This document shows, in pieces, positions 45,600-60,899 of a stretch of DNA of 64,000 bases. How positions within the stretch are numbered: the first letter of the stretch is position 1; the number at the start of each line of letters is the position of its first letter. Below the pieces are notes generated by a model, which did no database searches, was not told the DNA's origin, and worked only from the letters and a program-made list of their open reading frames with translations. This DNA is from the human T2T-CHM13v2.0 reference genome, Homo sapiens. Location of the stretch: assembly GCF_009914755.1 (NCBI RefSeq), contig NC_060934.1. One strand, given 5' to 3'. The translations under genes were made by a program, and so were the position numbers.

Positions 45600-45920
45600 T
45601 TTATTATGCTGCTCTCCTTCTCATGAAACATTCAGTGGCTCCCACCGACTAGTAGAACCAAGTAATCTTTTTAGTTTGGCACTCACTGCTCCCCTCTGTC
45701 TTTTCTTTCTGGACTTCTCTCTTGCTACTTCTCTGTCTACACACTCTGCTCCAGCCAAACCATTGCATCACCTCACAGTCACAACTTGTTCTTGCTCATT
45801 TTTCAGGACTGCTCCATCTCCCTGGATTGCCCCATGGGTTCCTTTCTCCCTCAGTCTTTTGCAGTTCTTGAGGTCAAGCACCATTTCTGTTTCCTCCATA
45901 AAGCCTCACACCACAATCTA
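45600..45920 (+). mobile_element. L2 fragment
   Basis: AAACATTCAGTGGCTCCC...CACACTCTGCTCCAGCCA L2-like text. Confidence 0.55.
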
Positions 45921-45969
45921 TCCATGTCTGAGCCTCTGCTCCTTTGGAAGAGAAGTCACTAGGGTGGAG

Positions 45970-46165
45970 TAAGCAGTAGGAGACCTGGCGCTACAGAAGA
46001 CTGACCTTGGGCAAATCAACCTCGCTAGGCCTTTGTCGCCTTGGCTAGAAGATGAGAACTTTGAGAATAAACATCTTTCCTCTCTCCTAGGAAGACAGGA
46101 TGAAGTGATGAATGTAGAGAAGCTTTGTGAATATCAACACACTGTACTCATCTAAGGGATATTCT
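45970..46165 (+). mobile_element. MIR fragment
   Basis: TGACCTTGGGCAAATCA...GATGAATGTAGAGAAGCTTTGT. Confidence 0.6.
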
Positions 46166-46453
46166 TTGGGAATTAATCATAGACTGACTTGAAACTGCTC
46201 TTGTATTGCTGTCTTATGATGCAGTTCACCTGCTGTATTGTTGTTTAACATTTTTCTGCATCTGTCCTGACTCTAAGTTGGCATTTTCTTCTCTTTGTAA
46301 GTAATTACAGACTTATGAAGATGCTATTCATTACAAAATAACACTAAAAGTGATGGAAAAATTTACTTCCAACATCCATTCTCTTTAGTTCTTTCTTTTC
46401 TTACTTTTTTCCTCATAGTAAGCACCTATCCTTATGTAGTTGTCTTTACCAGA

Positions 46454-46493
<40 letters not shown>

Positions 46494-46611
46494 CAGACTA
46501 TATATATATCAACTATATATGTATACCAACTATATATATAAACTATATATATATCAACCATATATATATTAACTATATATATATCAACCATATATATTAT
46601 ATATATATATA

Positions 46612-46614
<3 letters not shown>
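46454..46614. repeat. (TC)n(TA)n plus imperfect (TA)n-CAAC minisatellite
   Basis: About seven TA tracts punctuated by CAGAC/CAAC/AAC. Confidence 0.9.
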
Positions 46615-47372
<758 letters not shown>

Positions 47373-47814
47373 TATGTATGTCTATACCCCCTATCCTGTT
47401 GTCCTGTTTAGAGTACTGTTCCTTTGTGTATCTGCTGGATACTCTCAAGGGGAAGCTACCTGCAGATCTTAGGGAAATTTCCCTCCCAGAGTTTGTCATT
47501 CATAGCCCGTGAGTAGGTTTGCAGTACACACTGCTGATTTTAATCAGTGTCAGCAGTTGTAGTTCATTGCTATGTTAGAGGATACATGCTCTAGGGTGAA
47601 GGGCAAACACACAAAGCCCCAAAGGTTCTATTTTTGGGCTGAGACTGAGAGAAAAATACCCATGGTGTAGTGTTCATCTCCCAACCTGTATTTCTAGCTC
47701 ATTTTCTCTGAACGTTTCTTCAGCATCGCAGTCTCTCTCTTCTGAAGATGATCCCATCCTACACACTGGCTCACTGTGAGACAGCAACTCTCCTTGAAGT
47801 ACAAGCTGTGGGGA

Positions 47815-48005
47815 GGCAGCGTTTACTTCAGGGTTTAGTAGATCTGGGTTTACAGTTGGCCTCTGCAAACTGTACTCTGGTCATAGCCAGACTGCACTCT
47901 GGTCATAGCCGTGTGACCCTTGTGTGCAAATTGCTTAATTTCAGTCTTAGTGTCCTCATCTGTAAATGTAGCAGTGTATGTTCAAGGGCCTAGCACAGTG
48001 CATTC
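47815..48005 (+). mobile_element. MIR fragment with internal 20-bp duplication
   Basis: CTTAGTGTCCTCATCTGTAAA core; ACTGYACTCTGGTCATAGCC at 47869 and 47891. Confidence 0.7.
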
Positions 48006-48903
48006 AGTCATTTTATGATGCTCAATTTCTTATCTTTCTTTAGTCATGCTTGGTCCTAAAAGCATTAGCCCAGCTTTCCTACCATGTTGTGTCATCCACA
48101 CTCATCTTGGGTGCAGAGTCTGCTACCAAGGCAGCCAGCAAGAGTCCTGGGCAAGCACACTGCGAACAGGCCCTCCAAAATGCACAGCCTGAGAGTGCAC
48201 ACTGCCTGCTCCCTGGAAGGACAGTTGGAACATTCACAGACCAGGCCTGGTCATGTTTTCATCAGGGAGGCCAGTCCCTTTTTAGCTTACTTTAATCTTG
48301 ATTAACAGTATCAGAAAAGCAAAATATTGAAAGAGATGTACCTGTTATGGAATAAAAGTTGTACAATTCAGGCATGTATGCAAAAACTGAACACACTTTC
48401 ATTTAAAATTTGTGATGTAGACAGAACATTTCATTAAAAAATATCAGCCTTGATAACCTAGGTGTATGTAGATAGGTCTCAGGTTTAGGAGCTGGCTGAT
48501 TGTTATTGGTTCTGCTGTGGGTTTTGGCTGGGGGTTGGGCTTCTACAGCAGTCATTTTAGGTTAGTATTATTTCATGTGCCCTAATGCATGATCCTGGTT
48601 GTGCAGAAGTGGTTCTTGGAGGTTGATGCCTTGTGATCTCACTCCTCTGGTCTTTGGTATATACAGTCTTGCTCACTTTGAATGGACTTCCCTTTCCTTT
48701 TAAGCAATGTGACTTGTCACACTCCATCACTCCAATTTTGACTTGCTTTTCAAGACCTGGTTCAAATCCATTTTCTTTGTAAATTCTTCCCTAAGTGCCC
48801 CATCTTAGTGACTGTGAGTTACTCCTGTAATAATGGCAGGGTGGGTATTACATTTGGCAATTAATTCTTATGACTTTGTGGTCTCTATTCTATTGCCATT
48901 TTG

Positions 48904-49408
48904 TTTTTGCTTTTTTAATTTTTAACTTTTTTATTTCAATAGGTTTTTGGCCAACAGGTGGTGTTTTGTTACATGAATAAGTTCTTTGGTGGTGATTTCT
49001 GAGATTTTGGTGCACACATCACCTGAACAGTGTACACTGTACCCAGTGTGTAGTCTTTTATCCCTCACCACCTTCACCATTTCCCCCGTGTCCCCAAAGT
49101 CTAATGTATCATTCTTATGCCTTTGTGTCCTCGTAGCTTAGCTCCCACATATGAGTGAGAACATACGATGTTTGGTTTTCCATTCCTGAGTTACTTCACT
49201 TAGAATAATAGTCTCCAATTCCATCCAGGTTGCTGCAAATACCATTATTTCGTTCCTTTTTATGGCTGAGTAGTATTCCATTACACACACACACACACAC
49301 ACACACACCCCCACACACCCACACACACACCACATTTTCTTTATCCACTCATTGATTGATGGGCATTTGGGCTGGTTCTGTATTTTTGCAGTTGCAAATT
49401 GTGCTGCT
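48904..49408 (-). mobile_element. L1PB1-like 3' end with (CA)n at 49283-49332
   Basis: Antisense MEYYSAIKRNEIMVFAATWMELETIILSEVTQEWKTK; TSD TYCTATTGCYATTTTG at 48888-48903 and 49409-49424. Confidence 0.92.
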
Positions 49409-50849
49409 TCCTATTGCTATTTTGAACTTCACTTTGGACTTTGTGGTTATCCTTTTCCACACATGTGTGTGCCTGCCTTTGTACTTCTTTCTCCACAAAG
49501 TCTCATGCAGTGCTCAGCACAGAGTAGGTAATCAAAAAATATTCTGTTGGTGGATTGGAATGAATGACTTTTTCCTCCCCATTCTCAGTCTCCCAGGAAG
49601 CTATTCCTTTTCCATTCCTGGATAAGCTACTGTGCCCAGTGTTGCTTCGTGTGTCCCTTGGCAGTCACTGGGCACATACCAGAGAATTGCCGTCTCCTGG
49701 TGGTGGAAACAGGTCTGTGGGGAGCAAGAGGGGGAGGCCTATGAACCACTGGTGTTTATATGTCCTGGGCACAGCAGTTCATCCAGACAATTCTTGGGTT
49801 TGTGAGCTCTCTGAGCCACCTTTGAGCGTGGCTTAGACTTTGACTGTATTAGATTGAGGGGACACTGCTCTGAGGTTCTGCTGGGACCCTGATCTGATGT
49901 GGTCTCTCCCAGGTTCCATAGAACAAGTCTGGGCTGTCTCTAGTAGAAAGATAAAATGAGGAAGATGAAGGTGTGGGCTATTATTCTTCTGAGCAGATTG
50001 AGTGTTACTTGCTGATTTTCGACTCTCTCTGCCTCTCACCACTATAACTGTGAAGGGGTTTTAGCCATTTCTCTGAAACACATAATCCGGGGGCCTCAGT
50101 ATCTTTAAATGCATAAATCAAATAGTGACTTGATAGTGTTGGCAATTGCCTACAGCTCAGGCGCAATTCACCTGCTTTGGGTTTATACAGTGAATAAATT
50201 GGCTGAAAAGGTAGCTGTGTGTATGCATACATGTGTGCATTTAATTTTTTTAGGGGAATGTATTTAGAGATGATGGTATAAGAAGAGAGAAGATTCTTAA
50301 GGCATTTTCTGTGAAGTTGAAAATAAATTCAGACATAGACAAAGATGGGGGAAATATGAAATTAATGGTGTTTTATAATGAATTAAGAACAGTGAAAAAA
50401 TATAAGATACCCCAAAGATAAGAGGATCAAGACAGATCAGATGTCCATGTGCACAAAATGGTGTGTGTGTGTGTAATTATCTTCTTTCTCCTATTTCCTC
50501 CAATCCCCCTTTTGAGCAGGCATCTGGGCCATTGTGCATGTAGCCTTATCTACCGTTTTTACTTTCTGCAAAGTCATATGTTTTTAGCTGTGATTGCAGT
50601 CACTACCAAGTAGCTCACCTTGTCTTGAGTAATGAGAATAAACAACTGGTCACTGCATTGACCACTGAAACTAATAAAGATATATAGTGCTGGGCTGGCT
50701 TAGGGAGTCACAGACGCATTCTTAAACTCTATGTGACATTTATACCAAAGGAACATGATTCCAAACTCACTCACTGCTTACCCATTCTGAGAAAGAACAA
50801 ACTATTTGACTGATGGTTTGCTAAATTTAATATGCTTAGCAAGTAAAAT

Positions 50850-51360
50850 TATTGCCTACTCTAATGCTGTGTAATTATTAAGATACACTGCTTTTAAAAA
50901 TACCAAGTGAATAATATTGATTTAGTGAACTGCTATTTAGAAAAATGCCAGCAAAGGAGGAATATTTTATTTTAGCTGCCTTAGAGCTGTAATGGGTCTG
51001 GGCTGAGATATGCATGTGGAAATAAATTATGTACAAGGTAAACTATTTTGTTATACAGTACCCATAATATTAATTAAGCCGTAATTTTACCAACAATGCT
51101 TTAATTTAACAAATAAACAGGAATCATCTGTACCATTCTTTCAAATATATAACTCTGGGGCCATAATAAAACATGCTGAAGCACCTGCAGTTAATTGTAA
51201 AGCAAACAGTGAGACTAGCAACTTTAAAGGGTAATTGTAATTTATAATTTATTTATTTGATTTATGCTGGATATAATTACTGTTATAATGCATTATTATT
51301 TTCAGTCCAGCATTAGATCTATCTGATTCCAATTTAACACAGGCAGCCTGGCAGAGCTTT
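50850..51360. promoter_or_regulatory. Candidate homeodomain/FOX enhancer block
   Basis: Unique sequence with many TAAT cores, TTAATTAA, AAATAAACA, AAGCAAACA, CCATAATAAAA and TGATTTAT (51258). Confidence 0.4.
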
Positions 51361-53274
51361 CTTCGTGGGCCCCTTGAAAGTGGGCTCTGCTCCCCTCCCT
51401 TTCCTGGAATGGGAGCTTGTAAAATAAAGAAGAATGGATGGGCTACTGTCAAAGACAATCCTTGTTCAAAGCTGTAAGAATATTTTCATTTCCATTAAAG
51501 CCAAGAATTTTTCCTACCCTTTCAGTCCTTTAGATAGCAGTATTGTGGAGTGACATTGTCAGGGTCTGCACACAGCTCAAGCCACAGTGAATGGGCCAGG
51601 CTGAGGACTCCAGAGGGAAGGGGTGAAAGGTACTGACTGCAGGAGCTCAGCGTTTTCTTAAATTCGAGTCTGAGAGTTGCTAGTGTTTATTGTTGTGGTG
51701 TTTTTGGTCTTTGTTGTTGTTATTTTCAAGAGCAGCCTGGAAGAACAGCACAAGGAGGAAAAATACCACCACGGAAGAAAAGAAGCAATTATAGCAGACT
51801 GTTTGTTTGTGGCTAACAGAATGCTGAAATGGCAGATTTGCAAATTTGTAAGAGAGGGAAGCTTAGTGTTCATCTTTATCAGCCAAAGTGGTTTCTTGTT
51901 AGCTGAGCAGCAAGCTAGAAAGCAACCGATTTTGACAACATAATTTACATCTTTGTATAAAACTATCGCTGGCAGCCGAACTAATTTGTGCTGGATTAGG
52001 TTGTTTGTCTCTGCTGCTGACTAACCATGCAATCTATCAGAGGCCGTTTTCAAATATCACTTTTCAACTGTGCACTTGAGAGGGGGAATTGATCGGGAAT
52101 ATACGGAGCAAAATTACTCCAATAACTTTATAGAAGAAACAATTACGGAATCATACAGATGTGAATAATTCTGAAAAGTAGAAACAAATATAATGAATTT
52201 AGCCCTGTTCCTATCCTTCATGTGCACATGAAACTTATAAATAATACAATAACATATTATTGGCTCTGTTTCTTCTCTCTTTCTGGATCTTGGTTGTCGA
52301 TGACAGAATTAGGAGAAAGACTAAGGGAGGGGTCAGTGGAAAAAATTCTTGGAGATCATATTTGAGGATTTTGAGATATAGGTTTTATGTGGGAATGTCA
52401 CTTATGAGATGTTGGAGAGAATAGTTAATATACACATATCCCTTAGAATATGTCTTTTTATCCAGGATAGGTTTTATAAGTTTTAGAGTAAAATGCTGTG
52501 ATAGAGAAAAAGAGGTATCAGTCAGGCAGATATATGTGTGTTACCAACATGGGTGATAAACATGGGAATGTATTTTATCACATATTTCTACATTATATTA
52601 ATAATTTTACCATGGAGAAGAGGAATGGAGTCTCTCTTATGCTTTTAAGTGAATATTTTAGATGTTTCTTCCTGTCCTCAAGGGAGATCTAGGATGATAG
52701 AATAATATAAAGAGGGCAAAAGCGGGGGTTGTGGAATTCACAACTGATAACCAAGCTGGAGTTGTTTATAAAATGCCTGAGATTAGCCAGCAAACAAAAA
52801 AACCATTAAGCACCTATTACTTTAAAGCAGTGGGCACATTTTTCATCACTTTCCTCTGATAAATTTTCACTTGTGCATCCTGCTCCAGGTAATTAATTGC
52901 TTTCAGTTCAGTGGAGTAATAATGCAATAAATTATGCCAGTATTTCTAGTCAGAGGATCATATTGCAGCTTCCTAACCAAGGCACACTAATAACAATCCA
53001 GGAGACTTGTGGGCCATGAAAAAGCCCCATTATTATAAATTGGTTATGTAAAGAGTCACAAGACCAAGTCTTCAAAATTTCTTTCAGACAGTCGGATTCA
53101 GGGAAGTTTGCACATTCATAAGTTTGGGCAGGATAGTCCTGTGGTAGAATCACATAGTTAGTCTCAGCCCTGGAAGCTTTGCAGACACCAGCCACTCAGT
53201 AGTGACAGTGGGACTGCTGCTGAGTTGGGGCAGAGCTTGAGTGGGAAGGACCTTCCTGATGGTAGTGATGCTGT

Positions 53275-53525
53275 GATAATAGTTAATGGCGTGTTGAGTG
53301 GTTGCTGCATACAAGCACTGTTTTCAGCACTTTACATGCACCAACTGTATTTAATCTTCATAACAACCCTGTGAGAGAGGACTATCAATATTCCCATTTT
53401 AAAGATGAGGAAACTGAGGCACAGACAGCTTAGGTGACTTGTCCAACTGATAGGAGACACAGGATTCAAATCAAGGCCATAAAGCCCGAGAGTCCGTTTC
53501 TGTCTTTTCCTATGCACTGTACTGC
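53275..53525 (-). mobile_element. MIR, near full length
   Basis: CCCATTTTAAAGATGAGGAAACTGAGGCACAGA core with both flanks. Confidence 0.88.
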
Positions 53526-53948
53526 ATCTCAGAATGAGATATTCTCAAGACTCCAGGCTGATTAGAGTAGATCAGGGTAGGGTGGGGTTGGAGGGAGTCA
53601 GGGTGGTGCCACTTATTTGGTAAAAGTAATTTTGTATCTTCCTTAGTTATTTATCTAGGTGAAAATATCTAGTTATTTATCTTTGTTCATCTTCTGTCTC
53701 TAACCTGTAGATTTCTTGCTACAGCTTGTTAATTTCTCTTTCTAGGCTTAAAAATAACACAAATATCTGCTCATTCTCCTTTCTGTAAAATACTTCAATA
53801 GTTACTGTTCTCTCATCCTATCCCCCCACAATCTTTTCCTTCTCAAGTTCCAATTTTATGAAAAGTATCATAGAGAAAGGATTTTTAAAGACATCCATGT
53901 TTTTCTTTATTACATGGTATACTTTTAATTTTTAAAGTGGAGAGAGTA

Positions 53949-54369
<421 letters not shown>

Positions 54370-56009
54370 TGACAGCCCCACATCATTCCTCTCCACAATC
54401 CTTTGACAAGCTAGAGGTTTTCTTGCTGCCTTTACTTTTGAGTGGTTTTTTGTGCTGGTCAGGGGTAGGGGGCAAATAAATGTGCTCTAGCAGAGAACCT
54501 GGGGCTGACACATCAAGTAGGGGTGGAACCAGGAAAGGGAGATTATGAATTGAGGAAGAAGAGAAGAACTGCTCTTCTTTGACCTCAGGCTGGGGTGACA
54601 AGTGTCTTACCAAGTTGCTAGGGAGGGGAAGGTCCTCTTGGAGAGTGTTTAAGGAATAGGGTGAGTAGGCTTCATGGAGTTTTGGATGTTTTCGTATTAA
54701 TTCCTGTTCCAATGACAAGTCCTAAAATCTACCATTTGGCAGGTTACAGTGCAAACAGGGAGGTAGAGAGCATGCCACTGTCCACAGCTTTCCCTGGGTA
54801 CCCACAGTGAGGGAAAAACATACAGTTGTTTATGTGACAGCAAAGCCATCTTCTGCCTGTATGGCCTGATGGTTGCTGGGCTATGTTGACTGACAGAGAA
54901 GTGGACAGGCTAAGGTTGGAGGGTCACTCTTCTGTGTTGGTGACAGCATCCCTGTCTGGTTTTCTACAGCCCCATCTTGGGTGGACATTCTAGTTGTTGC
55001 TCCAGCCATCGGGCTTTGACACTAATTTACTACCACTAATGCTGTGCTGTTCCTTGAGCTGAAGTGATGGTTGCCTCATGACTGGATGCTTCATTTATTG
55101 ATCCCACCTTCTCAGCCCTCCCTGGAGGAAGGGCTGCATTGGTTCATGCTATAGTAGTCAAAGACTATTTTAGGTTTGGCCTGACAGATGGCCAGTGCTT
55201 ACCCTTGCAAACAAGCTCTCTCATCTAAAGTAGTGACCTATCAGTTGAGCTTGTATTTTATTTTCTATGTCTTTTACTTACCAGTGAGCTCTAAAATTCA
55301 ACTTCAAATAGTTATTTACACATATTAGTTTTCAGACACACAGTGTGATTTTTTATATTATTTGTGAGCCAAGGGTTGAATTTCCTGAACAAAGTGGGAA
55401 GCAGGTGGAAGGGAGAGGGATTTTCCTTGGAAACTGTCTCCCCTATAACAGTTTTCCTGTGTTCTTCTGTTCTCCAGATATTTGAAGATATGGAAAAAGA
55501 TGATTTTTAGAAAAGATCATAGGTCTTTAAAGAGATGAGTTATGGCAGTTTTGCTTCATGTTTGGGACTGATGGAAAGTCAGGAGTGGAGAAGGTTTGGG
55601 CCACAGATGGGATTGATGAGTCTGGCTGTTCAAACACAGTCCATACAGACTCCACAGAAGGTCAGTGAGACAAAAGGCAGAGGGCCTCAGTTACTGCTGT
55701 GGGCAATACTCAATCAAAAGCAAGAGTGGAGAGCACAGCAGACAGTCTACCACGATGCTTGGATCTCACTACCAACAGAAATCTACCTCTACCACAGGAG
55801 AAGAAAATCGCCATCTCTGAAGCCCCAGGCACCTGCTATGGGCTTGCTTCCAATCTGGGGAAGATATGAACACTAAATTGGGAGATTTCAGATGTATTCA
55901 AGACCCAGAAAAGATATGTAGACTCTTCATGTAGTAACAGTAAAGGCTTTGTAAATATGTATCTTTTAAATCGCAAAAATAATCATGTTTGCAATTGCTT
56001 GTTTTATTC

Positions 56010-56135
56010 TCTGTCTCTCCTATTTGCTTTCACTGAGTGGGCAGGGATCCTGTCTGTCTTGGTCAACATATCTCCAGCATCCTGGATGGTGCTTGGCCAG
56101 TGGTTAGCCCTCAGTAATATTCTTCAGTGGAAGAA
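56010..56135 (+). mobile_element. L2 3' fragment
   Basis: GGGCAGGGATCCTGTCTGTCTTGGTCA...CTCAGTAATATT. Confidence 0.6.
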
Positions 56136-59100
56136 GAGCCATTGTTGAAATTTGGAAAATATATCTGAGTACAAAGAAGACAATAAAACATCATCCATAA
56201 TCAGACTACACTGAGTTGACTGCTGTTATAGATTTTCTTATGTATCTTTCCAATCTTTTTTCTGTGTATTTCCCTACACCTACAACTACTAATACTGAGA
56301 GCTACATTGTCCACTCTCAGAGTAGGATGATAGTGCATAAAGTTTAACTTTTCTGTTTGTCAAATTTATAAAATTCCCTGGCAAATGGCAACACAACCTG
56401 ATGGACACTGGTCTGTGACTTGAGCTTTATATTATGAAAAATGCTAAGTTTGAGGGTGGAAGGTGTAGAAAAGATAATAAGATTTCATTCTCTCCTTTTT
56501 ATATTGTTCCTTTGAATCACAGAACAATTACACTACATTTTCTGCTGGTCTATGTACTATTCATTTTCCAGCTCTGAACCTGATTGCACTGAGGATCAAA
56601 TGTACTTCACAGTGAAGATAGGAATATGATTTGGAGAAGAAAGAGATGTGAGGTATTGCCCAGACTAATAATGCAAACTATCGAAACAATTCAGTCATTT
56701 TCATAGAAGTCTCCACAGCTTGGTTCTGCTTGCTGAAAGCCCAGCAAACATCAGTGGAATGCTTGTGCTCCCTTCTGCAAGCCAAAGCCAGGGGACCCCC
56801 AGCACTGTTAGCCTCTGACAGCCGGCACCACCAGACCTCCAGCATAGTCACCCATTAGAACTGCTGTGTCTCCTCAGTGGGGCTGGCCATGCATGTGCCA
56901 CTGGTTTCCAAAAGTCCACCTGAGTAATGCTGAGAAGGTGCAGGCTGGGGCACTTGCCTTTCACACTGCTTCGTGGCATCACTGCCTTAGAGTACCCAAG
57001 AAAGCCAGCAGCCTCCTCATTGCCCAAATAGCCATGGACCCCAAGATGGGTTAAATCCCTCTAGTAGCATTTTTAATGTCTCCCCTTCTTCAGGGCTTCA
57101 CTGCTTTTCCAGATGTGAAAAGCACGTACACTTACAGTAACCCAAACCTGTAAGTGAGAAGCCTTTTGCCTCTCTTCTTGCTCTTGTTAGAGCTGGCCAC
57201 AGAGCACTCAGTTACCTCACTGTGACTCCCCAGATACTGCCCTGGGGCAGAGACCTCCTCTCATCTGAGAAGAAAAGCTGGGAGGTTGACTTAGCATTCA
57301 GTATGAAAAAGGCCCTGCAGTCATCATCTTCATCTAGTTGGGAAGAAATGGTGGGCAAGTGAAGCTGGAAGTTTTCTATTAATATAAATGATGAATTGTA
57401 GGTTTTCTTTCCCCAATCTTTTCTTTTTTCTTTCTCTTCCTCCTCCTCCCCTTCTCCTTTCTGGATTTAAGAAAGGGTCCTCAACTTTGTAATTTTAAAA
57501 CATGTTCTCCTACACATGTCATTGCTCTTTCTAATAGGATCTGCCAGAATCGCTGTATGCAGAGCCCTGCATTTTCACGTTATTATCTCACTGTCTATCC
57601 CGAGTGTTATAGCCTCACAACGACTTCCTAACTAATCAGCTATTTCAACTTTCATTCCATAAGCTTTATGTCTGAGTGTAATTAAATGAGCATTAAGTCC
57701 TCTTTTTTTTTACTAGCAAAGCCTGAAAGTTCTGATATTACAGTAATAAGTGTGAAGTGAATTTTGAATGGCATTTATATCTGTTCATGGGCTCTAAATG
57801 TTTGATTTGCATAACTAGTTAAAATGATATCAGAGCAGCATATTGATTTAATTCCATCTCAGAAAACTGTTAATTAATAATGGTAATAAATGTGTCAGTC
57901 CTTTATTATCTGCTTTGAATTGGTGATGATAGCTATATTAATACCACTTCAGTAATAGACCTCTGCTGGCTATTGTTGGCAAAACTTTCAAGGCCTGAAT
58001 CATCTGCAATCAGAATTTAGAAAATTTATTGCAGATCAGTTTTAAAAAGAACAGCCATTCCATCATATATGTAATTTTATTAACACCTACATTTTAATTT
58101 AACATTTTATTTACATAAATCATCGTGATCAGGAGCTTTAGGAGCCTTTTAAACAAAGGCACTTTTTCATTTTTATATCCCAAGTTAAAATTTGCCTGAT
58201 GGAAGGCCTGGGCCTGGGGTGATCCCTTCTCGTGGAGTTGGCAGACCCACGGCCCTCCTGCTGCATTTTCCTCCTGGCTGGGTGGGCCACTCTGTGGCTC
58301 TCATTGTTAAGGCAGAATTAGCTGGTTCTGTTGCAATGCCCAGGGCTTGTATTTGTGTGGGTATGGTGTGATTGCAGAAAGCAGGAAGACCATCCCCCGC
58401 TTCCCTCTCCACTCTTTGAAGGACTAGCATAGTTTCGGAGACCAGTCTTCGCTGGTTTTTGCGGGCAATGCAAATACCAAGATGGCCTCTCCATCGTTGA
58501 GTTTCTGGCAAGCAAGCAAGCATAATATAAATGTCTGTCTTGCAGTTTCTAGGCATTTCCCCAGACTGAGAGCTCCAGGGCCTAGTAGTGCCAGGTTTCC
58601 AGAAGGGATATTAGAGTCCCAAGAAGAAATCTTCTATGAGGCTCTCACAGGCTTAATCTCCATCATACTCAGTAGCCATGACTGTTGATGAATGTGTGTT
58701 GAAAATTTCCAAATCTCTCTGTCAGCTTTGTTTATCTACAAAATGGGTGACTGGTTAGATTAAATGAGATTTCATAAACATACATATATATCACAAGGCA
58801 TAGCATTCAAAAGACATTTAATGATTGGCAGTCTTCTCTTCCTTTCTCTTAAGGTGTAAGCACACATTTAACCATCCCTTTCCATGCACAGACTGAATAA
58901 AGACTTGGGCAGCCTTCATTCTTGGAATCAGCAGTTTTTCTAATTGTTGATTCTAGAAAAAGGAGCTGAAGAACTTGCCACTTTCCCCATCCGGAGTTTG
59001 CCCTGGGCCTGGCTATGTGGATATAAACATGGTCTGTTTACTTGGGGCCTGCTTCCCTCCTCGTCCCTCATGTTTGGTTCACATTCATGGCTATCAATGG

Positions 59101-60845
59101 CTGTGACTTATTTGGAATCTGTGTGAGATCTGCTCCTTTCTTCTCCTGCCCCAGAGCCAGGCCTGAACTTGCCTTTACCTTGTGACTTTCCTGCTGACTT
59201 CTTCTTAGGAAGGAAATTTCTAGCTGTGATCCCATGTTTCCACAGAATCTTCTCATTGATTATCACTGAACTATGGCCCAGAGAGTTTTTAACATGCCCA
59301 AGACCTCGTACTCCTCACCCTAAGTCCTATATCCCTTCTACCTCCCCTGCTGCTCTACTCAGGTAGCTTGTGGGACCTCACTGCAGCCACCTGGAGAAAA
59401 GAACCCCAGCTTCTTTTGCAGTTTCTCTATCTTTTGCAGTTTCTGCTCATGACTCCCCTTCTAATGTCCAGGCAGTGAACCTCACTGCACCCCCCCCGCC
59501 CCGCCACCCAACATGTTGCCAGGAATAGAGTGCTTTGGCCATAAGATCAACTCCCCAAATCTCCCTTAGTGTGATCTTATTATTGGTCCTTTCCATTTTT
59601 GATGGGGGGGAAATACCCTCACGTCCTTTGTGTGAGCCTGTGATGGATTAGCACAGCTTGGACGGAGTGTTGCTTTCCAAACTCCTGTGGGTGTGTCTCC
59701 AGCTGAATGTTCCTCTCCTGACTTTGATTTCTCTCTTGGTGAGTCGGGGTGTAATTCGCCTTGACATCACTGGCCATCAGCGCCACAGTGAAGTGGGCCT
59801 TCTTTGACTCGAAGTGACAGCTCTTGGCCCCTGTGACATTGTTTCCATAGATTTGCAATGAAACAGTTTTATATTTTTCAAAATAGAGTGATCTCCTATG
59901 ACTGGCATTGATGTGGTTTTCGCCATGGTCTTCTGGAGGGTAAAGCTGTTTCCATTGACCCGCCCTAAATTGATTCCCTTATTCTGGCATCTGGACACAT
60001 TGCTCTTAGGCTGCCTGGGATGATGATTTTGTTTGTTTGGTTATTTTTAAAATCAGTGTTGGATGCCATAATGTGTTCTGTCCTTGTATGGATCCTTTCC
60101 CTATTATTTTGTTGGCTCCTAATATTCCCAGACGTTGGCTGTGCTTCTGGCAACCTTTATACTTCTGCTCTTCTACATTGCATAGCAGACAGCATCCCAG
60201 AGAAGAGTCAGCTTGGTACCATCCCCTGGGAGCTTGGTTACTCTAGTGCCTTTCCACAGAGAGAATTTGAGATAGAGTCAGAGGGATATCAGCCTCTTAA
60301 ACTTTTGTCTATGATGTGGAAATCTTTGGAAAGATGATTAGGGAAAGGTATTGGGCTGTCCATTGGAGGTCCTTACTTTTCAGAGAGGCTTAAATTACAA
60401 TCTGGTTGTTCTCAGCATTTTCTAAAAATACTTGGAGGCAGACGAGGATGTCTCATCATCCCATCTAAAAAGAAAAGAGTGTTGTGTTATCTCTTTTTTC
60501 TTTTTTTCCTTGAAGGCTCTAACCTTTGGACTTTGAAATTTACCATCTTAAGTTAGCCAAGATTGAGTATCAGGGATGGCTTTCCTAATAAACTCTCAGA
60601 CTTATTAGAAAGTTTAGCGTTTAGAGAAATATTTTAATATTTTATCTAAGCTTGCAACTCTCAGACTCTCACCTGAGTTATATGCTAAAATGTGCTGGGG
60701 ATTAAAAAAAAGATCAGATTTTCTTTTTTTCCCTGATATGTGCCTTGTGGAGAGGGAACCATGCTGACTTTGTATCAAGTGTAGGGAGAGCCTGTGTCTT
60801 TTCTGATGCAGAAAGGCTGAACATGTCCCTAAAGAGTGAGGTTAG

Positions 60846-60862
60846 TTTTTTTGTTTAGTTTA

Positions 60863-60897
<35 letters not shown>
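60846..60897. repeat. (TTTAG)n plus T29 run
   Basis: Read directly from the sequence. Confidence 0.9.
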
Positions 60898-60899
<2 letters not shown>

